A stretch of DNA of 64,000 bases from a virus. The stretch spans positions 3,866-67,865 of IMG/VR virus record IMGVR_UViG_3300036406_000522. One strand, 5' to 3'. Under the pieces are notes generated by a model. The model had not been told where the DNA came from. It was given only the letters and a program-made list of their open reading frames with translations, and made no database searches. Made by a program: the position numbers and the translations under genes. Below are positions 10,002 to 18,534 of the stretch, piece after piece. Position 1 is the first letter of the stretch. Each line of letters opens with the position of its first letter.

Positions 10002-10958
10002 ATGGAACAAATTAACTACGGTTTTAAGAAGAGCAGCATCCGTCGTGCGTTGCATAACAAGATTTCTGATTGGTTAAAGTCGATCACGGACGAGACGTTG
10101 GCAGAGGAGATGGCGAAGGGCATCATTGTAACAGGTGGCGCTATCCCATCCATGTTGCTCGGCGAGAAGGTTCGTGACTACGACATCTACTTCAAGACAA
10201 TCGAGTTGGCTGAGAAGGTTGCCAATTACTATGTCAACGAGTTTAACTTGACGACGAAGCAGGCTATTGCTGATGGTGCGAAACCTGATGCCATACCTGT
10301 AACGCCAGAGATTCGGCGTACGAAGGTTGTCAACTGCAAGGGCGAGGAAGAAGAGCGTATTATGATCTTCATCAAGTCCGCAGGTGTAGCTGCTGAGAGC
10401 ACCAGTCCGTACCGCTACTTCGAACAGCTTCACCCAGACAAGGCTGAGGAGTTCATCGATACACTCGCCAAGTCCAAGAAGGATAAGCGTCCGTATCGTC
10501 CTGTCTTCATGAGTCAGAATGCCATCACGCTGTCAGATGGTGTTCAGGTGATCATTCGCTTCTTTGGCGATGCAGCTGGTATCCATCGTAATTTCGATTA
10601 CGTACACGCATTGTCTTGGTACGACTACTACAACAATCACTTGGAGCTCAATCAGAAGTCGCTTGAGTGTCTGTTGTCCCGTACACTCATGTACAGCGGT
10701 AGCCTGTATCCTGTCGCATCTATCTTCCGTGCAAAGAAGTTTATCGAGCGCGGTTGGCGTATTAGCGCAGGTCAGTTGTTGAAGATCATGTGGCAGCTTA
10801 GCGAACTCAAGTTGAGCGACCCTCAGACACTCCATGAGCAACTCACTGGCGTCGACGCGCACTACATGATGCAGCTGGTCAATGCACTGAAGGACACTGA
10901 TCCTGACAAGATCACTGGCGCATACGTAGCTGAGCTTATCGATCGGATCTTCGATTGA
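10002..10958 (+). CDS. Pol-beta-superfamily nucleotidyltransferase (CCA/poly(A)-polymerase head-like)
   Basis: TGGAIPS...VRDYDIYF (GG..DxD), NFDYVH, RAKKFIERGW. Confidence 0.7.
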   Translation: MEQINYGFKKSSIRRALHNKISDWLKSITDETLAEEMAKGIIVTGGAIPSMLLGEKVRDYDIYFKTIELAEKVANYYVNEFNLTTKQAIADGAKPDAIPVTPEIRRTKVVNCKGEEEERIMIFIKSAGVAAESTSPYRYFEQLHPDKAEEFIDTLAKSKKDKRPYRPVFMSQNAITLSDGVQVIIRFFGDAAGIHRNFDYVHALSWYDYYNNHLELNQKSLECLLSRTLMYSGSLYPVASIFRAKKFIERGWRISAGQLLKIMWQLSELKLSDPQTLHEQLTGVDAHYMMQLVNALKDTDPDKITGAYVAELIDRIFD

Positions 10959-11457
10959 GACAGCTTTTTCTGGAGGAATACAGGGGGTCAGGACGCAGTA
11001 CCGTATTAGCGCTAGAGATCATCGCCAAGGCAATGCGGTATCCCGGTACACCTATCAAGGTTTCAGACCATTACAAAGCGGATCGAGCTGATTATCATCT
11101 AACAACGATGATAGACACATACATTCAGCGGTTACAGTTCGATGGATTTACATTCAAGATGCTGCAGGACGGTTGTCATCTAACTTTCAAAGGGCTACGA
11201 TGAGTATAACAAATGAAGAACTAGTGCTGCGCCTGATGAATCATTCGCAACACGGTGTATTGGCACAGGCATTCGTTATAGAGGCGCTTGCAGCTTACGC
11301 ACAGCGTGTCCTCGACCTTGGGGAGCCAGAAGATGACGGCACAGGTCTGATCTCTAAGAAGGCCTGGTTTGCTATTGCAGGAGATGTGTTGCATACCATC
11401 GAGAATCGGAATGATCTGGAAGGTAATCGTATTCAACTTATAGACGGGAGACACTAA
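10955..11457 (+). CDS. two small hypothetical ORFs (10955-11203; ~11200-11457)
   Basis: Coupled ORFs; first has P-loop-like RGSGRS. Confidence 0.5.
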
Positions 11458-12380
11458 TGAAGAGACCACTTGTATTGTATCACGCGTTCTGCACGGATGG
11501 CTTCTGCGCAGCCTTCGAATTGTGGCGTCGTTATGGTGATGCTGCTGACTACAAACCTGTTGACTATGTGAAGTCGCCCGAATACCGTGATGGTATCGTG
11601 ACCAGTTGCGTTGGCAGGGAGCTTGTGTACATGGTGGACTTCAGTCTTCCGCTGCAGAACATGCGCAGCATTCGGAGTGTAGCAGGTAAGTTCATACATC
11701 TCGACCATCACAAGTCTGCATTCGAAGAGCTCGGCTTCGAGGATTATTACGCCGCTGGCTCAGCTGTTGTCAAGCTCGAGGAGGGCACTGGTAGTACGAT
11801 GATCCTCGACAGTAACCGTTCGGGTGCTATGCTGACCTGGCAGTACATCAATGATACTCCCAACGTTCCGTACTATGTCCGTCTTGTTGATGACAGGGAT
11901 CGTTGGAAGTTCGAGTACCTCGAGTCACGTGCCTTTCATGCATTCATGCAGTCGAAACAGCCTTGGACATTCGAAGGTTGGAAAGCGATTGTTGACGACG
12001 CAGTGGCATTTGAAGATGCAATACTGGTGGGCAAAGCTCTCGTGGAGTATATGGATGCATCTGTCAGACGTATCGCCAGGAAGCCGATCTCTTGTAACAT
12101 AGTGATGCCACATGGTCCTGCTAAAGGCTTAGCTGTCAACTCCTCGATACTGCAAAGCGAGGTAGGTGATACGCTGAACAGGACGACTAACTACGGTCTC
12201 GTGTGGTACATGCAAGATCGTGGTATGGTACGTTGCAGCATCCGAAGCAGAGGTACATACGATGTGTCAGCTATCGCAAGGCATTATGGCGGTGGTGGTC
12301 ACCTCAATGCGGCTGGTTTTGAAGTAACTCTCGAGATGCTTAATACTTTTCTGAAGGAGACATATGAAAATCCTAGCTGA
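11457..12380 (+). CDS. DHH/DHHA1 phosphoesterase
   Basis: YH..C.DG, VDFS, LDHHKS, SIRS, GGGGHLNAAG. Confidence 0.9.
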   Translation: MKRPLVLYHAFCTDGFCAAFELWRRYGDAADYKPVDYVKSPEYRDGIVTSCVGRELVYMVDFSLPLQNMRSIRSVAGKFIHLDHHKSAFEELGFEDYYAAGSAVVKLEEGTGSTMILDSNRSGAMLTWQYINDTPNVPYYVRLVDDRDRWKFEYLESRAFHAFMQSKQPWTFEGWKAIVDDAVAFEDAILVGKALVEYMDASVRRIARKPISCNIVMPHGPAKGLAVNSSILQSEVGDTLNRTTNYGLVWYMQDRGMVRCSIRSRGTYDVSAIARHYGGGGHLNAAGFEVTLEMLNTFLKETYENPS

Positions 12381-13329
12381 GAATCTGGTGCTCGACACTG
12401 AGTACGGCGAGAACGCGTTGGTCGTGTTACAGTTCGACAGATACGTCAGCACAAATCATATTGCACTGACGGTTGCAGCACAACGGACTGGCGAGAATTA
12501 TCTGACACTCACATGCAATCTTGATACTGAGCTGGGAGAGTTCGAATTCGCTGTCAAGGACTGGAGTGAGAATGAGGGCGTATCAGATTGGCTCGTTAAG
12601 AACGAAATTGGGCGACCTGCTAACTGGAAGATTCGTACAGGTCACGTGTTCGCTGAAGTCTTCGAGCTGTTGCCGAAATACCAGGCAATGATAAAGGAGG
12701 CCTGATGAAGATCTTTATCTGGAAGGATGTGTCGTATATGCATATCATTCCGAGCAAGACTCTCTTCAGATCTACGACGATACATGAAGTAGTTACTCGT
12801 GGCGATATCTTCGCTGTGAACCTACACACAGGTATCTTCACAGTACTACCAAGGGAGGCTCGATGGCCGAAGAAAGAAACGTCACAGAGTTGAACGTCAG
12901 TGATGTTCTGAAAGTAGCACCTCCTACGATGCTAGTGTATATCGTGCGTGTAAGGCTGAAGGGTGGCAAGCGCGAGACATATCACGTGAATCATACAGAG
13001 GCGCTTACCTATGGTGAGATTGCAAGAGTAGTTCGCTCTGAAAAGAAAGGCGTTGAATCGTTACTCGTAGGCTTTCCGATACGCGGACAGCCGCCTACAA
13101 TTGAATTGGAGACTGCATGAAGAAGAAAGAAGTGATGTCGCTTGGTGATGTGCAAAAGGAAGTACAGCTGGCGACTGCCGAACTGAAAGCAGCACAAACA
13201 GTGTTCTTGAATGCCCAGAAGCGGTTGCGTCTGGCTGACGAACGCAGGATCAAGTCAATCGTCGTGCTGAACAAGGAAGTGGCCACATTGAAGGCTGCGG
13301 CTCACGTAAGCTCACTCGACGAACTTTAA
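12364..13329 (+). CDS. four small hypothetical ORFs (12364-12705; 12705-12893; 12863-13120; 13117-13329)
   Basis: RBS-preceded, overlapping start/stop codons. Confidence 0.6.
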
Positions 13330-13336
13330 GAAGTAG

Positions 13337-13498
13337 GACAACTCGTGGCTATCAAAAGTGGGCCGCTATGCCTCCAAAAATGGCGCGGTATAGGTGCGTG
13401 TAGGGGCGAACGTGGTTGCCTCGCGTGTGCCAAACCTGTGCCACTTCTGGGCATTTCTGCACCGGAGTCTTGATTGACGGCGAAAGCCACGAGTTGCC
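13337..13498 (+). ncRNA. putative structured RNA or GC-rich DNA element
   Basis: Perfect 12-bp inverted repeat CAACTCGTGGCT (13339-50)/AGCCACGAGTTG (13485-96) enclosing nested G.U-rich helices. Confidence 0.45.
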
Positions 13499-13585
13499 GC
13501 AGGTAGATGGAAATGCGCATGGGCGGGTGACACTGTTAACTTAACCCAGAGACGTATGGAGTTGGTGGAACGCAATACCGTTGCT

Positions 13586-13620
13586 ACTGCGGAGTCAGTG
13601 GTATCTTATATGGTACAACA
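13586..13620 (+). promoter_or_regulatory. putative phage promoter, motif A copy 1
   Basis: ACTGCG-N8-GGTATCTTATATGGTACRACA repeated at 63553; both intergenic, upstream of an RBS. Confidence 0.65.
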
Positions 13621-13655
13621 TCGTACTGTATTTACACAATGAAAAGGAAATAGAA

Positions 13656-14243
13656 ATGAGCGTACAATCCGGTTTTATGGTCGATGGCAAGTTCTTTGCA
13701 ACCAAGGCTGAGGCAAACGATTTCGTTGCCCGCCCGAAGAAGGTGGCTGCACTGAACAAGATCAAGGGAAGCAATACCGAACTGGTTGGCTTTCTCATCG
13801 ATCATCAAGATGACCTGGAAGGTGCTTTCGAGTCTGGCAAGAGCCGTCGTGTTCTCAAGACCGAACGTAACAAGCTGTCGCGCGCCCTGAAGTATATCGC
13901 CGACACGCTGAAGGATGATCATCGTGCCGCAATGGTCCTGGACAACGTCGAGCAGATCGCTGCTTCGTTCAAGTGGCCTGCAGTGAAGAAGATGGAAGAG
14001 GCGGAGCAAGCTGCTACTGTCAATACCAGTATCCTGGCTATTGTCGATGGTAATCAAGAAGTGGCCACCTGGGTCATTGCTAACAAGGATGCTATCCTTG
14101 AAGGCTTCGAAGCTGGTGTTGAGAAGCGCGTTGTGTCTGAGAAGACTATGAATGCGCTGGCCGCTGCCCGTGAAAAGCTGGCTGCTGCCAAGGCTGAGCG
14201 TCTTGCCAAGGAAGCTGCTGCTGGCGAGAAGAAAGCTGCCTAA
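13656..14243 (+). CDS. hypothetical protein, probably highly expressed
   Basis: AAGGA RBS, codon bias resembling the capsid gene, internal repeat. Confidence 0.8.
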   Translation: MSVQSGFMVDGKFFATKAEANDFVARPKKVAALNKIKGSNTELVGFLIDHQDDLEGAFESGKSRRVLKTERNKLSRALKYIADTLKDDHRAAMVLDNVEQIAASFKWPAVKKMEEAEQAATVNTSILAIVDGNQEVATWVIANKDAILEGFEAGVEKRVVSEKTMNALAAAREKLAAAKAERLAKEAAAGEKKAA

Positions 14244-14482
14244 GAATCAGACCCATATGAGCGTACGCGCCGTGCCAGTCTGACTGAGGGGTTATCTCCT
14301 TCTCCTCTCCTTCAGAGGCATGTATGGTTCTTGAGTTCTTTTTCGGTGTGAACTCTTCAAAATTAAACCGTTCAAATTCTAGGGTTATCATGCGACCTGC
14401 GGATGTAAACAAGGATGGCCTTCCTGTTTTCCTCCTTCAAAGAGTATGGATTTTCAGCCCTAAGACTACACGTCTTGGGGCT
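14242..14482 (+). ncRNA. putative structured RNA(s) with anti-Shine-Dalgarno-like tracts
   Basis: Long imperfect hairpins; TCTCCTTCTCCTCTCCTT (14295-312), CCTCCTT (14431-37); 11-bp hairpin 14456-82. Confidence 0.45.
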
Positions 14483-14552
14483 TTAAATTGAACTGAGACT
14501 TGCGCGATCTCGGTGTTTCTGCTAGCGCTAACTTGTAAGGCAAGGGGATGTT

Positions 14553-14768
14553 ATGGATGTAGGATTGGCAGTGCCACATTTCGGTAGACACGTTCAACAT
14601 TTTCGGCCGGCAGCAGATAACGTCCGATTGAGCGATCTCAAATCCAAACACCAAAGTTGCAAGACTTGTATCTTCAGCATAAGCTCTAAATGTGGTGGAC
14701 CAGTACGATCGTGCACCTGCAAGGGAAAATTAGTCAAGGATTACAACATCTGCGACAAACATAAATAA
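14553..14768 (+). CDS. small Cys-rich hypothetical protein
   Basis: CxxC..C..CxC..C pattern; GGGG upstream. Confidence 0.55.
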   Translation: MDVGLAVPHFGRHVQHFRPAADNVRLSDLKSKHQSCKTCIFSISSKCGGPVRSCTCKGKLVKDYNICDKHK

Positions 14769-14790
14769 GAACACTAAAAGTGTCTTAGTA

Positions 14791-14817
14791 AGAGGCATCT
14801 CACGAGGATGCCTTTTT
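14791..14817 (+). terminator. intrinsic terminator-like hairpin
   Basis: AGGCATC...GATGCCT followed by T tract. Confidence 0.6.
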
Positions 14818-14953
14818 AGTCAGCACTCTGGCGTAAACAACTGCTAATAGCAGTTCTGCCGGAACACAGTGGTACTATCCCCTGGTATCCACTTACACTT
14901 GAGAACCCGAGAAGATTATTACGCGGGTTGAGGCTAGAGTGCTGACTAAAAAG
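14812..14953 (+). ncRNA. putative structured RNA: 21-bp closing helix plus three hairpins
   Basis: 14812-32 pairs with 14933-53 (one G.U); inner hairpins 14839-55, 14868-93, 14904-29. Confidence 0.6.
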
Positions 14954-14970
14954 TTCAACAAGGAGAAGCA

Positions 14971-15168
14971 ATGCTATACTACAGAAATAACAAGACAGGT
15001 GACGTTTACCGAGTCGAGGGTATTGTAACAAACGCAACGAACAGTGCAATGAGCATGAGAATGGTGCTCTACAAGAATGAATACAATGGTGCACAATTCG
15101 TTCGTGAGTACTTTGAATTCAAGGAGAAGTTTACCCGTTTACCAACCAGTCTAGGAGAGGACATATGA
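14971..15168 (+). CDS. small protein, DUF1653-like
   Basis: YRNNKTGDVYRV...MVLY...FVRE..EF.EKF pattern. Confidence 0.6.
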   Translation: MLYYRNNKTGDVYRVEGIVTNATNSAMSMRMVLYKNEYNGAQFVREYFEFKEKFTRLPTSLGEDI

Positions 15169-17056
15169 AGCATTTGGCTGACCGTAATCCGATTACAGGT
15201 GCTGCCCTGATAACGCCACCTTCGAATCAGAATTATCGCGACAACTATGATCGTATCTTTCGTCGTACCTATCAACAAGGTAACGAAACATTCGAGGATG
15301 TAGTTACACGTATTACTAACACGATAGAGGCGCAGCTTGGGAGCCGAGAGGATGACATTCAAGAATCCGATTCAGAAGGCAAGGGCTGAACTGCTTCGAC
15401 TGGCATTTCCAAAACTGTGGCACTGGCACTATAATCGTTTCATCCGACGACTAAGGGAGATAATATGGTGGAGATTTTGAAGACGAATCGTTTCACGACA
15501 CAGCGCAAAGAACAGATTGGCAAGGAGTCACTTATTCTAGGTCGTACAAAAGAAGGTGACTACGTCATCATCTGGGAGAAGGATGTCTTTCGCCACGTAA
15601 AAGGGTTTACTCATCTGATGAACATTCTACATGCCAGCGAGAACAGAGACAAAATGGTCGAGCGATTTGAAGAAACGGTATTTGATCAGGCGAGGAAAAC
15701 GATACGTCACTTCAAATGGAGGTATCAGCCGTCAGGAGGTTACCATGCCGAAGCTCATTGATTGTGTTACTGTAACAAAATACACTCCAGAGCGTCCTAT
15801 CTTCATCGTCGGTGGATTGTCATTGGAAGCTTACAAAGCTGGGTTCGTTGTATTGAACCCACAGTTCAGAGCAACACAGGCTGCAATATATCAGGGCGTA
15901 GCACATCTCAACGAATACCTTGAAAGGCATAGGAATGACAATGAACAGTAACCGTTTTGTTCACGTGGATAAGGAGATCAATGTTGGATGCCTTATCCGA
16001 CATACTGATGCCACACCTAACTTCATCAATGTTGTCCACAAGATAACACGTGGTGTAGCTCCAGGTGAATTGCGTATCTATAGCACGCGTATCTTCAGGA
16101 TAGTAAATGGTGAGGTTACTTTACTAAAGGGCACACGAGCGCGACCCTTTAGCCATTTCCCGCAAGGACGCTGGCACTCATGGCATGTTGTCAAGCGCGT
16201 AATAGAGACTGATGTCGACACGGAGAACGACGTACTGGTAGCACTCGCAAGAGGTTTCGATTTGTATCAACCGCATGGTGGCGACACCGATCATAGGCCT
16301 TAAAAGGGGAGACGCATGAGTTATCGTAATCGTAAGTTGCGTGAGAAAGAGCGGCAGTCTCGCGCAGCTATATGCGCACTACAAGGTAAACAGCGATGAA
16401 AATCAAGATAACAGATGTCCACGCTGACGATGCTTTCGTCAATCTGAAACCTACCTTGAAGGATGTTATCTTTGAGGTGGAAAAGGAGAATATCAAGCCG
16501 TCTGTATCATATGACGGTTGGCATGAGATTGGAGAGGCTTTCTGTAGCTTGAGTGCATTCCCTTATTTCTTCGCAGGTGCGCGGTACAAGGTTGTGAAGT
16601 AATCTCAGCGGAAGCTGAGGAGCAGCAACGTTACTTGTGACATACGTTGTCAAGTGTAAGGCACACGCGGTTTGCCGATGCGTTATTCGGCTATTTTTAA
16701 ACGTATAGGAGTGACACCAATGAGTACAAACAATATGTCGACGCAAACTTCTAAGGGGGATACGTGTAATACGAAACAAATAGATTGTTGTCTGCAATGC
16801 GCGGGTGCGGATACCAATCTATTTGCTTTAAGGGGGTATTTTTGCTTTTTCACCAGAGGGGACATGAATGAGTAAGAAATGTAGTAAGGATGAACTTGAT
16901 TACCTTGCATTTGTACGCGAGGAAGAGGACTACACAAATGAGCTAGGCGCTATCACACTCTGTGATTTGCTCACGAGCATCGATCAAAAGGCAGTTAATC
17001 CACGCAGAGAGTTATGCCATGCTATGGCCGCTCTCAGTTCAGACTACTTAGGGTAA
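15165..17056 (+). CDS. small hypothetical ORFs (15165-15389; 15465-15761; ~15745-15951; 15941-16303; 16396-16602; 16868-17056)
   Basis: RBS-preceded short ORFs in one orientation. Confidence 0.55.
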
Positions 17057-17061
17057 ATCAA

Positions 17062-17394
17062 ATGATCATTGCATTAGATTACGACGGAACATTTACAGAA
17101 GACCCCGCCTTGTGGACCACATTTGTGGACAATTGCATCAGTAAAGGCCATCGTGTAATAATGGTTACGATGCGTTTTGCTTCTGAGGGTATCGGCAGCA
17201 ACGAGCACATTGTAGGGCACGAGCATGTGTTCTATACGGGTCGTACAGCTAAGAAGCAATTCATGACGGCGTTAGGTATTCATCCGCATGTCTGGATTGA
17301 TGATCATCCGCAGTCAGTATTTATGGACGCGGAACAGATCTGGGGTGTGTCTCTTCCAGAGGGTCATACCGATTCACGAAACGCTGTAAGGTAA
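17062..17394 (+). CDS. HAD-superfamily phosphatase (small, capless)
   Basis: IIALDYDGT motif I, VTMR motif II, K and WIDD motifs. Confidence 0.8.
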   Translation: MIIALDYDGTFTEDPALWTTFVDNCISKGHRVIMVTMRFASEGIGSNEHIVGHEHVFYTGRTAKKQFMTALGIHPHVWIDDHPQSVFMDAEQIWGVSLPEGHTDSRNAVR

Positions 17395-17397
17395 GGT

Positions 17398-17673
17398 TTT
17401 ACGGCTCAGCCCCATACGAGGGTCTGAGAGGTGGCGATGGGAGATCAAACCATCAATTCGTACGGTACTACTTACCTGATGATAAGGGTATGATAGTGCA
17501 AGCTGTTGATTTTTAGCAGGGTGCTGGATACGGTGCCACTGTGAAAGTCAGCAACCTGTATTACATTCGGGAGGCCTATTGCTGAGCATACAGAGTCCTG
17601 CTAACTTAGTGAAACAGGAGGATTGGAGCATGAGCTATGGCTGTGCACCCCTGAGTGTAATATGGGTTGTAAA
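17398..17673 (+). ncRNA. putative ~275-nt structured RNA directly upstream of tRNA-Ile2
   Basis: Five helical domains incl. 21-bp helix 17551-71/17650-70 with several G.U pairs; no ORF. Confidence 0.6.
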
Positions 17674-17749
17674 GGCCCTTTAGCTCAATGGTTAGAGCAG
17701 AGGACTCATAATCCTTTGGTTGTCGGTTCGAGTCCAACAGGGGCCACCA
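17674..17749 (+). tRNA. tRNA with CAT anticodon, Ile2 (lysidine) type rather than Met
   Basis: Full cloverleaf GGCCCTT..AGGGGCC-A-CCA, loop CTCATAA; body resembles enterobacterial ileX. Confidence 0.9.
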
Positions 17750-17766
17750 TTTAACTAGGAGTAGAA

Positions 17767-18330
17767 ATGAAAGCCAATCTTGAGAATGATAGTTTCTTCC
17801 TGGATCTAGTCATCGACGGAATAATAGCAGTCGATGAGGATGGAAACGTAGTTAATAATCGTACAGGCAAGGCGATAGGTTTTATAACAGGCGGTTACAA
17901 GCGCATTAGTATGTTTGGGAGAACATGTGCAGTTAACCGGTTGGTTTACATGGTCTATGTTAATGAAAGTATCCCTGCCGGCTACTTAGTGAATCATAAG
18001 GATGGTAACAAGCTGCACAACCACCCTAATAATCTCAACCTTAAGACAGAGAGCGAAAACAACTCCCATGCGTATAGCGCAGACCTGCGCGAAATAAATC
18101 TGGAGCACCTTAGTACTATTTCTGGAGGTCATAGAAATGGTATGGCAGCGCTCAATACTGCGCAGGTCAGGGCTTACAGAGTACATTTCGACAACTCTGA
18201 GGTGACTATCGCAGATATAATAGCGGACTCTGGCCTGTCAAGGAAGGCAGTTGTGCAAATGCTCAACGCCAAAACATACACGGAGATACCGTATCGTATT
18301 TCGAGATCAACCAGAAAACACGGTTCTTAA
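17767..18330 (+). CDS. HNH homing endonuclease within the tRNA cluster
   Basis: VNRLVY, VNHKDGNKLHNHPNNL, ENNSHAY. Confidence 0.85.
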   Translation: MKANLENDSFFLDLVIDGIIAVDEDGNVVNNRTGKAIGFITGGYKRISMFGRTCAVNRLVYMVYVNESIPAGYLVNHKDGNKLHNHPNNLNLKTESENNSHAYSADLREINLEHLSTISGGHRNGMAALNTAQVRAYRVHFDNSEVTIADIIADSGLSRKAVVQMLNAKTYTEIPYRISRSTRKHGS

Positions 18331-18337
18331 CATGTGA

Positions 18338-18422
18338 TCGAGGGTGGAGAAATTGCTAGACTCAGCGTTCTTAAACAGCGCCGCCGCAAGGCATGCGGGT
18401 TGGAACCCCGTCCCTCGAACCA
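18338..18422 (+). tRNA. tRNA-Leu(TAA), class II, atypical elbow
   Basis: TCGAGGG/CCCTCGA-A-CCA; anticodon arm GCGTT-CTTAAAC-AGCGC; long variable arm; T loop TTGGAAC. Confidence 0.8.
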
Positions 18423-18430
18423 GGCACCAT

Positions 18431-18505
18431 TCCCCGTTAGCTCAGTGATAGAGCAATCGCCTTGTAAGCGATAGGTCGTCTGTTTGATCCAGACACGGGG
18501 AACCA
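18431..18505 (+). tRNA. tRNA-Thr(TGT), atypical elbow
   Basis: TCCCCGT/ACGGGGA-A-CCA; ATCGC-CTTGTAA-GCGAT; T loop TTTGATC. Confidence 0.85.
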
Positions 18506-18534
18506 TTTGATGTTCTTAATGAAGGGAGACAACG

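Noticed and set aside
13337-13498. Retron msr-msd, suggested by terminal inverted repeats
   Set aside because: No reverse transcriptase in the window
17476-17546. Hammerhead ribozyme (CTGATGA ... GAAA)
   Set aside because: Could not build stems I-III around the core; CTGATGA sits in a simple hairpin
18365-18381. Reading the tRNA loop as a TTA (ochre suppressor) anticodon
   Set aside because: The 7-nt loop CTTAAAC places TAA at 34-36; long variable arm and A73 fit Leu
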